DNA of 64,000 nucleotides from Deltaproteobacteria bacterium (GTDB lineage: Bacteria; Myxococcota; Kuafuiibacteriia; Kuafuiibacteriales; Kuafuiibacteriaceae): contig JAVJQW010000023.1 of assembly GCA_040218735.1 (NCBI GenBank), positions 704,001-768,000 of the forward strand. Direction: 5' to 3'. The position numbers were made by a program, and so were the translations under genes. Positions 10,176-19,139 of the stretch are shown piece by piece. Each line of letters starts with the position of its first letter. Positions within the stretch are counted from its first letter, which is position 1. The notes under the pieces are model-generated. The model was not told the origin of the DNA. It saw only the letters and a program-made list of their open reading frames with translations, and made no database searches.

Positions 10176-11563
10176 GTCGCCACCCGCCCCGTCGTGAACG
10201 CGACGTAGCCGTCGGCTTCGGACACCGCGGCGTAGGGGAGCACGGCGCCTTCACGCCACTCACCGAGCACCGCGATCGGACGCCCGCCGCCGATGCCAAA
10301 CAACGACCACCGCTCCTCGTGCTCCTCGGAGATCGCGGCCTCGTGGGTGTCGTCGCGCAGCGCCCACCCCGCTTCGGTCTGCACCACGGTCACGTCGCGC
10401 AACCGCGCACAGAAACCTCCGGCCCACGGTTGTCGAGCGAGGACATCGCCGTTGCGCGCGTAGTTCGCTTCAATGGAATCACAGATCTCGAACAGGTCGG
10501 CGACGTCGCGCGTGACGATCTCCGGCTCCGTCTGCGCCAACGCGCGCACCGGCCAGCTCCCGGGATAAAACGCGAGGCGGGCCTTCACACACGCGCCGGC
10601 GACGAAACGTTTGTCGAGCGGCGCGCCGTTGAACGAGAAGTCGAGAAGCAGCGCTTCGCGCTTGGAGCGTGTCCCGTACAGCCAGGTGCGCTGCGTGAGC
10701 ATCGCGTCCTCGGGATCTTCGCGAACCCACTGCCCGAGGACCCACCACACGTCGTCGACGCCGGGCCCCGCCTCCAGCGCGGCCTTGCTCTGCCTGAAGC
10801 CGATCCGCGCGCGCACCTCGGCGGCGACGTCCTCGTCCAGCGTGTCGATGCGCCGATACGCCTCGACCAACAGGTGCGTGCGCGCGAGCTGCGCGACGAA
10901 CCGCGACGCCCAGTCGGGGCCCACGTGCACGACGCTCCCGAGCGTCCGCACCATCTTCGCGAGCCCGGGCGCTTGCGCGTCGACGAGGCGCGCGCCCATC
11001 TCGTCCCAGTAGCGATAGGAGTGCTCGGCCTGCGCGGCGACGCCCTGCCGCACGACGTCCCGCAGGAACAGCGCGAGATCCTCGACGCCCGCGGCGACCT
11101 TCGCCTCGCGCTCCGCGGCGCGCTTCGTGGCGCCGGCCTCACGCTTCGCGGCGGTCTCGGGATCGACCGGCTCGTTCTTTCGCGCCTCCCGCTCCGCGCG
11201 ACGTTTGTCGCGCTCGACCCGCTTGATGATCCAGTCCTCGACCCACCCCGGCGGGGCCTTGTCGGGCACGACCTCCGGCTGATCGGCGTACAGGAAGAGA
11301 AGCGCAAGCCCGTGTTTGCAAGGCCGCTTGCGGCTCGGACAGGTGCAGGAGATCTCGGCGGTCGCGAGGTCCACGATCGCCTGGTACGGCGTGCGCCCGC
11401 GTCCCCCGACGCCGCCCCAGACCAGCGTCGCCATTCGGCCGAGGCCGATCCACCGGGAGGGGAACGCGAGGCCCTTCGCCCGCGTGACGGACGCCGGATC
11501 GGGCGCGATCCGTTCGACACGCGCGGCGTCCCACTGCGCGGTGATCTTGGCGTCGTCGGCCAT
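10169..11563 (-). CDS. SWIM zinc-finger protein (YehQ-like)
   Basis: SWIM motif SCTCPSRKRPCKHGLAL and RLVDAQAPGLA. Confidence 0.85.
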   Translation of the reverse strand: MADDAKITAQWDAARVERIAPDPASVTRAKGLAFPSRWIGLGRMATLVWGGVGGRGRTPYQAIVDLATAEISCTCPSRKRPCKHGLALLFLYADQPEVVPDKAPPGWVEDWIIKRVERDKRRAEREARKNEPVDPETAAKREAGATKRAAEREAKVAAGVEDLALFLRDVVRQGVAAQAEHSYRYWDEMGARLVDAQAPGLAKMVRTLGSVVHVGPDWASRFVAQLARTHLLVEAYRRIDTLDEDVAAEVRARIGFRQSKAALEAGPGVDDVWWVLGQWVREDPEDAMLTQRTWLYGTRSKREALLLDFSFNGAPLDKRFVAGACVKARLAFYPGSWPVRALAQTEPEIVTRDVADLFEICDSIEANYARNGDVLARQPWAGGFCARLRDVTVVQTEAGWALRDDTHEAAISEEHEERWSLFGIGGGRPIAVLGEWREGAVLPYAAVSEADGYVAFTTGRVATW

Positions 11564-11635
11564 GCGGGGGCGAGGACGCTAGCAGCGCAGGGGGAGCGGA
11601 CCAACCGCCCAGCTCTCGCTAAAACTCGGCCTCGG

Positions 11636-13747
11636 TCAGAAATCCGGGATCTGACACAGGTGCGTGTTCGGGTTGCAGATCTCCCCTTCGTCACATCCCG
11701 CGTCCTCACACGGCGGCACGCACTCGTCGTTCGACGGGTCGCAGACCTGCCCCGCGTCGCAGCCGCACGGATCCGTCGGCGGCGTCACGTCGCCGGGGTC
11801 CACGCATTCGGCGATGTCGTAGTCACACGCCTGCGAAGGATCGCACTCGACCTCGCCGCACGGTGAGCCGCACTCCGCGATGTCCTCTTCGGGATCGCAG
11901 AACTGGCTGACCTCGCAGAGGTCGCACGGGTCGCCGGGGGTGTTCGGGTTGTTGGCCCAGTCCCAGCGGCGGTAGGCGACGACGATCTCGTCGTCCTTGT
12001 TCGGGACCGCGTCGCCGAGGAAGACGATGCGGTTGTTGATCGGATCGTAGTCGAAGCCGTTCTCGCGGCTGCGCGGGATGACACGGCCCTGGCCCGGCGG
12101 GCCGACCGCGACACGCAGCGTCGCCGACGCCGGGAGGCCCGAGAGCTGGTACGCGCTCGCGATGCCCGTCGCCGCGCGCGCGACGTCTTCCAGGTTCTGA
12201 CGCATGTCGCCGCACAACGAACCGAACGCACCGCCCGTCGCGTTCGCGACCTCGACGTAGCCCTGCCCCGGCTCGAAGTCGTCGCGCGTCCCGGTCTGCT
12301 GGCAACCGTTCGGGAGGTCGCCCACGATCGCAAACGTGACGGCGTCGCGCTGCGTGTACTGCGACACGAAGTCGTCGATCACGCTCTCGCCACCCGAGCA
12401 GAACGTCTGCTGGCTCTCCTCGCGCTCACAACCGCCACACGCCACACACTCCACCGTCTGGTCGCGCTCGTCGGACATGTGGATGACGACGATCGCCGCG
12501 TCCTCGCGAAGCTTCTCACCTTCGGCCGCCGCACCCGCCGCCGTCGCCGGCAGCGCACGATCGATCGCCATGATCCCGGTCTGAAGACCCGGCTCCCAAC
12601 CACCGTCCGCACCGACCACGATGTCGCGCTTGAACTGCTCGACGTCCGCCGTGAAGCCGTCGCCCTCGAGGCGCCCGCGCCGCGGGTCGTTCTCGTTCTG
12701 CGCGCGCGTCCGCGTGACGGCGAGGCGGAAGTCGACCTCCGCGAGTGACAGCACTTCTTCCATCGCGTCGGCCGCCGCGCGCACCGCCATCTGGTCGTCC
12801 TCCATCGAGCCGCTGTCGTCGACGACCCACAGGATGTCCGCCTTGCTCTGCTCCTTCGCGACGAACTCGTCGCAGACGTGCCGCGTGAACGCGCCGTGGC
12901 GCGCGACGTTCGTCCCGTCCGTCAGCTCCTCCACACGAATGAGCTGATCGCCCGACGGCTCCTCCGCGATCACGACCGCCGCGACCATCACGAAGTGGTT
13001 CGCCTCGCGACGTACCGTCAGCAGGTTCAGCGTCAGGTCACGCCCCGCCGTGCCCTGCCCCGCCGGCAACGTCCCCATCAGCGGCGCGCCGCTCAGGAAC
13101 GCCGACGCGAGCTCGTTGATCACGTCCGTCGCTGCGACCATCTGCCCCGAGCGAATGCGGAAACTCGCCTGCTCCGCGTCGAAGCCCTCCGCCGTGACGA
13201 ACGCGCGCGTGCGCTGCGCTTCGATCTGACCGAGCGACGCGATCGAAGACCGACGCTCGTAGTCACGCTGCGCCGAAGGCGTCGCGACACCAGCGGCCGG
13301 CCGCTTCCCGATCAACACCGCGGCCACGCCGCGATCCGGATCCAGGAACACCGCACCCGGCGCGCGGTTGTCGCTCGTCCGAAGCATCGAACGCTCCCGA
13401 ACCTGCGCGTCCGCGAGCAACATCGCGTCGGCACCCGGGATGTCGTAGACGAAGAACGGACGGTCGTTGCTCGGGTCACACGCGAGCGTCGACACCTCGT
13501 CGCTGTCGAGGATGCCGTCGCCGTCCGTGTCCTCCTTCGTCGGATCCGTCTCGCCGGGATTCACCATCCCGTCCTGGTTCCGGTCCTCCGTCTGATCCGG
13601 AAAGCCGTCCTGGTCCGTGTCGACCTGGTCCGGCGGCAACCCCGCGTTCGGGTCGCTCTTGCAGCTCGGCGCCGCCGCCGCGAAGGCGAGCATCGCCGTT
13701 ACGACGATCGTCCGACTGAACGCTTGTTCGATCCCCTTACCCGTCAT
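11636..13747 (-). CDS. vWA-domain lipoprotein with Ca-binding TSP3-like repeats and a Cys-rich tail (CglD-like architecture)
   Basis: Lipobox AAAAPSC, DTDQDG/DRNQDG/DTDGDG repeats, MIDAS DILWVVDDSGSM and C-terminal Cys-rich repeats. Start is uncertain; 13747 is preferred over 13828. Confidence 0.75.
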   Translation of the reverse strand: MTGKGIEQAFSRTIVVTAMLAFAAAAPSCKSDPNAGLPPDQVDTDQDGFPDQTEDRNQDGMVNPGETDPTKEDTDGDGILDSDEVSTLACDPSNDRPFFVYDIPGADAMLLADAQVRERSMLRTSDNRAPGAVFLDPDRGVAAVLIGKRPAAGVATPSAQRDYERRSSIASLGQIEAQRTRAFVTAEGFDAEQASFRIRSGQMVAATDVINELASAFLSGAPLMGTLPAGQGTAGRDLTLNLLTVRREANHFVMVAAVVIAEEPSGDQLIRVEELTDGTNVARHGAFTRHVCDEFVAKEQSKADILWVVDDSGSMEDDQMAVRAAADAMEEVLSLAEVDFRLAVTRTRAQNENDPRRGRLEGDGFTADVEQFKRDIVVGADGGWEPGLQTGIMAIDRALPATAAGAAAEGEKLREDAAIVVIHMSDERDQTVECVACGGCEREESQQTFCSGGESVIDDFVSQYTQRDAVTFAIVGDLPNGCQQTGTRDDFEPGQGYVEVANATGGAFGSLCGDMRQNLEDVARAATGIASAYQLSGLPASATLRVAVGPPGQGRVIPRSRENGFDYDPINNRIVFLGDAVPNKDDEIVVAYRRWDWANNPNTPGDPCDLCEVSQFCDPEEDIAECGSPCGEVECDPSQACDYDIAECVDPGDVTPPTDPCGCDAGQVCDPSNDECVPPCEDAGCDEGEICNPNTHLCQIPDF

Positions 13748-13899
13748 GGCGGGGAACATTCGTCGCAATCTCGGGACCCTACGGCGCCGTTGGTGCTTTT
13801 GGCCCCCGGTGAGGAGCCCCCTCCTCACTTCGGGTCCAATACACCCCTCACGTGAGACGTGCGGCCCTCGACTCGACGGTCGAGGCAGCGAGGACCCGA

Positions 13900-14319
13900 T
13901 CAGCTCTTTTGAGGTGGCGCCGGCGGCTTCGACGGCGCGCCGTTCGACTTGCTCATCGTGCAGCTGCCGTCGAACGTGACGCCCTTTTCGATCTCGAGCG
14001 CCGGCGTGGTGACGTTCCCGCGGAGACGACCCGGCGCCTTGATCTGCACCGACTCCTTCGCCGTGATGTCCCCCTCGACGCTCCCGTTGATGACGACGCT
14101 GCCCACGTTGAGCGTCGCCTTCACCTCGGCCCCGGGGCCGATCAGCAGTAGGTCGTTCGTTTGGATCTCACCTTCGAACTTCCCGTCGATGCGCACCGCG
14201 CCCTCGAAGGTCAGCTTCCCGGAGAAGCGCGCCTCGCGCCCCAGGATCGTGTGAGCATCCGCTGGATTGATTCGCGCCGACGACACCGAGTCCTCCCGTT
14301 TCCCGCCCATGATCGCCAT
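13900..14319 (-). CDS. Bactofilin (polymer-forming cytoskeletal protein, BacM-like position)
   Basis: TILG...FSGKLTFEGAVRIDGKFEGEI...LEIEKGVTFDGSC beta-helix pattern, downstream of parB. Confidence 0.9.
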   Translation of the reverse strand: MAIMGGKREDSVSSARINPADAHTILGREARFSGKLTFEGAVRIDGKFEGEIQTNDLLLIGPGAEVKATLNVGSVVINGSVEGDITAKESVQIKAPGRLRGNVTTPALEIEKGVTFDGSCTMSKSNGAPSKPPAPPQKS

Positions 14320-14342
14320 CGATCGTTACCTCTTCTTCTTCG

Positions 14343-15263
14343 CTACCCCTTGAGGTGCGTGATCAATCGTTCGAGCTCTTCCACCGAAGTGAAGTCGATC
14401 TCGATCTTGCCCCGCCGCCCCTGCGGCAGGATTCGAACTTTGGTCCCGAGCGAGCGACGGAGATCTTCCATCACCCGCTTCACCGCCGGCTCGCCGCCGG
14501 GCATGTGCGCGTAGCTGTCCGTGCCCGGACCCTTGTCGCCGCCGTCCTCCGCGGCCTCCTTGCGCGCTGCGCGCACCAGGCGCTCGACCTCGCGGACCGA
14601 GAGGCCCTTCTTCACGACGTCGCGCCCCATCTTCACCATCGCTTCGGGCGAATCGAGCGACAGCAAGCTCCGCGCGTGGCCCATCGACAGCGCGCCCGCG
14701 ATGACCTGGCGGCGCACCTCGTCCGGGAGGCGGAGGAGGCGTAGCGCGTTGGCGATCGTCGAACGATCCTTGCTCACGCGCACCGCGAGCTTCTCCTGCG
14801 TCATGCCCGACGCGTCGAGCAGACGCTTGTACGCCTCGGCCTCTTCGATCGGGTTGAGATCCTCGCGCTGGATGTTCTCGATCAGCGCCCACTCGAAGAC
14901 CTCGGCGTCCGCGAGGTCCTTCACGATCACGTCGATCGTCTTGAGCCCGGCGCGCTGACACGCACGCCAACGACGCTCACCCGCGATGATCTCGAACGCC
15001 GCGCCGCGCTTGCGCACGAGCACGGGCTGCATCAGTCCGTGTTCGCGGATCGACTCCGCGAGCTCCTCGAGTGCGGTGTCGTCGAACGTCTTGCGCGGCT
15101 GATTGCGGTTCGGCCGCACGTCCTCGATCGGCACGTTGGCCACACCGCGCTTCTCAGCCGCCGGCGCTGCCGACTCGACGGTGGTGGTCGCCGCTTTCTT
15201 CTGAGGGATCAGAGCGCCGAGCCCTTTGCCGAGGGCCTGTCGCTTTTGCGCCGGAGGAGACAT
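14343..15263 (-). CDS. parB: Chromosome partitioning protein ParB
   Basis: LGKGLGALI, QPRKTF, IIAGERRWRA, ENIQREDLNPIEEA and HTH RSTIANALRLL. Confidence 0.95.
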   Translation of the reverse strand: MSPPAQKRQALGKGLGALIPQKKAATTTVESAAPAAEKRGVANVPIEDVRPNRNQPRKTFDDTALEELAESIREHGLMQPVLVRKRGAAFEIIAGERRWRACQRAGLKTIDVIVKDLADAEVFEWALIENIQREDLNPIEEAEAYKRLLDASGMTQEKLAVRVSKDRSTIANALRLLRLPDEVRRQVIAGALSMGHARSLLSLDSPEAMVKMGRDVVKKGLSVREVERLVRAARKEAAEDGGDKGPGTDSYAHMPGGEPAVKRVMEDLRRSLGTKVRILPQGRRGKIEIDFTSVEELERLITHLKG

Positions 15264-15337
15264 GAGGGGCGAACGAACCTAACCAATCCCTCGCCACTCG
15301 GGAAGGGCATACTCGATTACGAAACGGATGCGCGGAT

Positions 15338-16009
15338 TCAAGACTCGGATGCGAGTCGCTTGCGGCAGTTGGCGCAGAAGGACGAGCCCTTCTTGTCGGT
15401 GTCCTGAATCGTCGCGGAGTAGAACATCACGCAACGGTTGTTCGGGCACTGCGCGAGGCCACGGATCAAACCGATCTGGTGGATCGCCTCGGCGATCAAC
15501 CGCTTGACGAGCAGCTCACGTCGCGCTTCGGCGGTGCCGGACTCCGGCTTGAGGCGCGTGAGGCTGATGATCGCGGAGCGGGTGCTGCGATCTGCCTCAC
15601 CGAAGATGAACGGGACCTCCGGTACGAAGAGGTCGACGTCGACGAGCCCGATTGCGGCGTCCCACGCCGAATCACGGAGCGTCTCGACGCGCTTGAGAAT
15701 CGCCGCGGAGTGATACTGCGCGCGGGTGGGGTTGTACGCATACTTCGGCACCGGCAGCGGCTTGTGTATCGCCGTGGAACGCCGAAACGTCTCCTCGACG
15801 ATCGGCCGAATCGCCTCGAACAGCGACTCGTCGACCTTGCCGACCGGGATCATCACGACGGGTGCGTCGGCGCCGGGTTTGATCTCGTCCTCGTCCTGCG
15901 GCTCGGGTGGGAGCGGCTCCGCGGGGAGATCTCCCGAGAGGTCTTCGGGGGCATCCACACCAGGGAACTGCCGCCTGCGGGAGCGTTTTTGCGCGGAGGA
16001 CTGCTTCAT
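15338..16009 (-). CDS. Archaemetzincin-like protein, probably non-proteolytic
   Basis: AYNPTRAQY, DVDLF..FIFGEA and C-x4-CVM...FC-x2-C motifs, but the HExxHxxGxxH site reads HQIGLIRGLAQ. Start taken as ATG 16009. Confidence 0.8.
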   Translation of the reverse strand: MKQSSAQKRSRRRQFPGVDAPEDLSGDLPAEPLPPEPQDEDEIKPGADAPVVMIPVGKVDESLFEAIRPIVEETFRRSTAIHKPLPVPKYAYNPTRAQYHSAAILKRVETLRDSAWDAAIGLVDVDLFVPEVPFIFGEADRSTRSAIISLTRLKPESGTAEARRELLVKRLIAEAIHQIGLIRGLAQCPNNRCVMFYSATIQDTDKKGSSFCANCRKRLASES

Positions 16010-16093
16010 GCGCGCGCAGGATGCTGGCAGCCGGTCGCCCCTCTGGCAACAACAAATGACTCGGGCTAACCTCGATGGGACCACCTTCGCGCG

Positions 16094-17152
16094 ATGCTCC
16101 CGGGCTTCAATCACAACATTCGGTACAAGGACCGCGTCTTCCACGTCCAAACCGAGGACAACGGGCTGAAGCAGCCTCGCCTCATCACGCAGGTCTTCGT
16201 GGACGGGCACATCCTGGCCATCGAGAAGTCGGAGTACGCCGACATCCTCGCGCGTTGCGGCGACGACGAGGAGAACCGGGACCAGCAGATCCGCGTGAAG
16301 ATGCAGGATCAGCACAAACAGCTCCTGAAGAACCTCGTCGCGGGCGCGTACGACGACAAGATCGAGATCTACCTGGGCGGCGAGCCCACGATCATCCCGC
16401 ACCACCCGGACGTCCCGACCCGCGCGATCCAGGAGGCCGAGGCCCTCCCGAGCGCCCCGATGCACCCGGAGGGGCTCACGCAGGAGCTCGAGGCCATCAT
16501 CATCGAGGCCCCCGAAGAGATCTCGCCGGAGAGCCTCCTCGACCCCGACTTCCTCGAAGAGATCGGCGCGGCCGTCGAGGCCGAGACCCGGCGCGACGCC
16601 CCCGAGCGCCCGCCCACCCCGATCAGCAGCCTCTCGGGGAGCCCGCTCGCGGACCCCGATCAGACCGGCGACTTCCTGGACGTCCTCGACCAGGAGATGA
16701 AGAAGCAGCTCCCGTTCGAGCCGCGGAAGCGCCCGCCCGACGACGAAGCCCCGACGACGCGACCGCAACGCGTCGTGGGCCGTCCGCTCCACCCGCCGCG
16801 CCGGCGCAACGAACCGACGAGTGCCGACACCGTCGTGGACTTCGGCCTGCCCGCCGCCCTGCGCGACACCCTCGAACGTCCCGGCCCCAAACCGAGCCCG
16901 CGCAGCGACAACGAGACCCTCCTCGACATGGAGCTGCGCAACGTCGCCGCGAAGCTGCGGCCGGTGCAGATGCGCATCGACGACGACACCGCCCTCGAGA
17001 CGGACGCCGCCGAGCTGCAACGCGACGTCGCCGCACAACGCAACCGCCTCCGCGCGCCCGAGGACACGCCGACCGAAGAGGAGGTCGTCGTCAGCGAGCG
17101 CTCGCTCGACGAAGTGATCCTCAGCTACCTGTCCGACGATCCGGAGCAGTGA
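16094..17152 (+). CDS. Conserved hypothetical protein (GFNHN...HVQTED N-terminal domain, long acidic/Pro linker)
   Basis: Globular N-terminus MLPGFNHNIRYKDRVFHVQTEDNG and C-terminal SLDEVILSYL peptide of a type seen in myxobacteria. Confidence 0.75.
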   Translation: MLPGFNHNIRYKDRVFHVQTEDNGLKQPRLITQVFVDGHILAIEKSEYADILARCGDDEENRDQQIRVKMQDQHKQLLKNLVAGAYDDKIEIYLGGEPTIIPHHPDVPTRAIQEAEALPSAPMHPEGLTQELEAIIIEAPEEISPESLLDPDFLEEIGAAVEAETRRDAPERPPTPISSLSGSPLADPDQTGDFLDVLDQEMKKQLPFEPRKRPPDDEAPTTRPQRVVGRPLHPPRRRNEPTSADTVVDFGLPAALRDTLERPGPKPSPRSDNETLLDMELRNVAAKLRPVQMRIDDDTALETDAAELQRDVAAQRNRLRAPEDTPTEEEVVVSERSLDEVILSYLSDDPEQ

Positions 17153-18284
17153 GCCGCGCTTCGAGGTGATCGTGCCAGGCGCCGAGCGCGCCTTCGAAGG
17201 TCGCGAAGCGGAGGTGCGTGTTCGCGGGTGTGGCGAGGCCGCGTTGGATTTGTTCGGCGAGGCGGAAGTCTTCTTCGAGCGTCTTCAGCGTGAAGGTGTG
17301 GTTCGCTTCGAGGAACGCGCGAACCTTCTCGCCGGCGGCGCCTTCCGGCACCGGGCGACCGACCGTCGCGATGTCGATCTGCGTGGCGTCGATATCGACC
17401 GGAGTCATCGAGATGAGCGCGTAGTGGCCGCCCTGCACGAGCGCCGTCGCGTTGGGGTTGATCGTGTAGAGGATGTTCGCGTGCTCGGCGAGGCGCCACT
17501 CGGACTCGGGGCGCTCGGCGAGGTCCGCGAGTGTCGACTTGGGGAGGACGGAGCGGAGGTGCCCGTCGTAGACCTCGTAGGTCGAGCGGGTGTCGGTGAA
17601 CAGCGAGGCGATCGTCTCGCGGTGTGCGATCTTGAAGTGGTAGGACTCGATGCCGCCCTCGACGAAGAGCTTCCAGTTCGCGCGCCACACGCGACGCTCA
17701 CGACGGTAGACCGCGTAGCCGTCGTCGAAGCCGGCGAGCTCGTCGATGAGCCGCTCGGCGCCTTCGTCGAAGCGCGGCGTCGCGTCGGGGTCGGGGCAGA
17801 CCCAGACGAACGGCCCGCGCTCGACACACGGGAGCTCCTTCAACGACGTGGCGTCGACGTCGAGCGACGGGAACCCGTCGCGGTGGCGCACGTGATCGAG
17901 GACGCCGTCGGTGCGGTAGGTCCACGCGTGGTACGGGCAGACGAAGCGCTTGCACTGTCCGTGCTCGCGGAGCTCGACCGTCGCGCCGCGGTGCCGGCAC
18001 ACGTTGAGGAACGCGCGCGCGCGGCCGGCGTCGTCGCGGACGAGGATCACCGGAGCGCCAACCACGTCCATCGTGCGGAACGCGCCGGGTGTGGCGAGCT
18101 CGCTGCGGTGCGCGACGAGGTTGTACGCGCCGCGGTGGATGCGTTCGACCTCGACGTCGTAGCGCGCGCGGTCGAGGTAGAGCTCGACGGGAACTTCGCG
18201 CTCGGCGCCGTCCGCCGGCGGACGTGCGGCGCCGACCGTCGCGAGGGATTCGCGGATCAGACGTAGCTCGGTATCCCTGTTCAT
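17121..18284 (-). CDS. Rieske non-heme iron oxygenase alpha subunit
   Basis: Rieske motif NVCRHRG...CPYHAW, Fe ligands ESYH...H, and EEDF. Confidence 0.9.
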   Translation of the reverse strand: MNRDTELRLIRESLATVGAARPPADGAEREVPVELYLDRARYDVEVERIHRGAYNLVAHRSELATPGAFRTMDVVGAPVILVRDDAGRARAFLNVCRHRGATVELREHGQCKRFVCPYHAWTYRTDGVLDHVRHRDGFPSLDVDATSLKELPCVERGPFVWVCPDPDATPRFDEGAERLIDELAGFDDGYAVYRRERRVWRANWKLFVEGGIESYHFKIAHRETIASLFTDTRSTYEVYDGHLRSVLPKSTLADLAERPESEWRLAEHANILYTINPNATALVQGGHYALISMTPVDIDATQIDIATVGRPVPEGAAGEKVRAFLEANHTFTLKTLEEDFRLAEQIQRGLATPANTHLRFATFEGALGAWHDHLEARLTAPDRRTGS

Positions 18285-18326
18285 CGCGACCGCCCGGTCG
18301 CGGATTCGCTTTCGGTGCCCCGGATG

Positions 18327-19139
18327 TCAAGGCGACCGCGGCAGGAGCCTCCGTGACACCGGCTTCATGTCCTGCATCAGCGCCTCGCGGTGTTTGGCGA
18401 GCAGCGCCTCTGCTTTCAGACGCTGCGCGGCGCCGAGGCGGATTTTCGGCGCACCGAGCTCACCGACGATCTGCGCCTGGCGCGCGACCACCGTCGGGCC
18501 AGTGACGAACAGCGGCGCGCGCGTCGAGTTCTCGATGAACAGCAGGTTCGCGCCGATCAACTGCAACATCGTGGAGCCTTCGAAGCGCTGCCACGTGATG
18601 CCGTCCATGGTGACCGTCTCTCCGCTCGGGAGGAGCTGGAGCACCGCGTCGAGCTGTGACTGCGCGAGCCCGAGGATCAGCGCCGTCCCGTCGACGCGAT
18701 CGCCGTCGCGGACACCCATCCACACCGACGCCGTCGTCATCCCCGGCTCGGCCTGGACGAAGACAAACGCGCTGTCGTTCGCCGCGAGCTCGAGCGCCGG
18801 CTGCCGCGTCGGCGTGTGCGCGAAGTGCCGCGTCGCGGAGCTCCCCACCTGCGTGAAGGGCCCGACCGTCGACAGCGACGTGAGGTTCGGGTTCATCACG
18901 AGGTTGTCGGGCGGCGAGTCGCCCAGCAACGAGAACTCCACGAGCGTGCGCGCGGGGCCGGCGTCGACCGGCGCGCCCGCGTCGCGTTCGCCGCCGTCGC
19001 GCGCCTCGCCACCGTCACGCGGCGGCGTACCCGCGTCGTGGGCGACGCCCGCGTCACGGTCGCCGTCGAGGCCTTGAGTGTCGGCGCTGCTGCACGCGAC
19101 CGCAGCCATCATGATCAGCACAATCGATAGGCGTCGCAT
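18327..19139 (-). CDS. Hypothetical lipoprotein with a DAG/DGG low-complexity linker
   Basis: MRRLSIVLIMMAAVAC lipobox; ATG overlaps the upstream TGA. Confidence 0.7.
   Translation of the reverse strand: MRRLSIVLIMMAAVACSSADTQGLDGDRDAGVAHDAGTPPRDGGEARDGGERDAGAPVDAGPARTLVEFSLLGDSPPDNLVMNPNLTSLSTVGPFTQVGSSATRHFAHTPTRQPALELAANDSAFVFVQAEPGMTTASVWMGVRDGDRVDGTALILGLAQSQLDAVLQLLPSGETVTMDGITWQRFEGSTMLQLIGANLLFIENSTRAPLFVTGPTVVARQAQIVGELGAPKIRLGAAQRLKAEALLAKHREALMQDMKPVSRRLLPRSP

Noticed and set aside
13847-13856. CTCACGTGAG palindrome near parB as a possible parS site
   Set aside because: Only the core matches. The left flank (CCCC) does not fit TGTTTCACGTGAAACA.
15338-17038. 566-aa version of the archaemetzincin ORF, and the similar 5' extensions of 4279..5898, 28105..30015, 50563..52140 and 54128..55003
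   Set aside because: The extensions overlap well-supported neighbouring genes, and recognisable motifs begin at the downstream starts used here.
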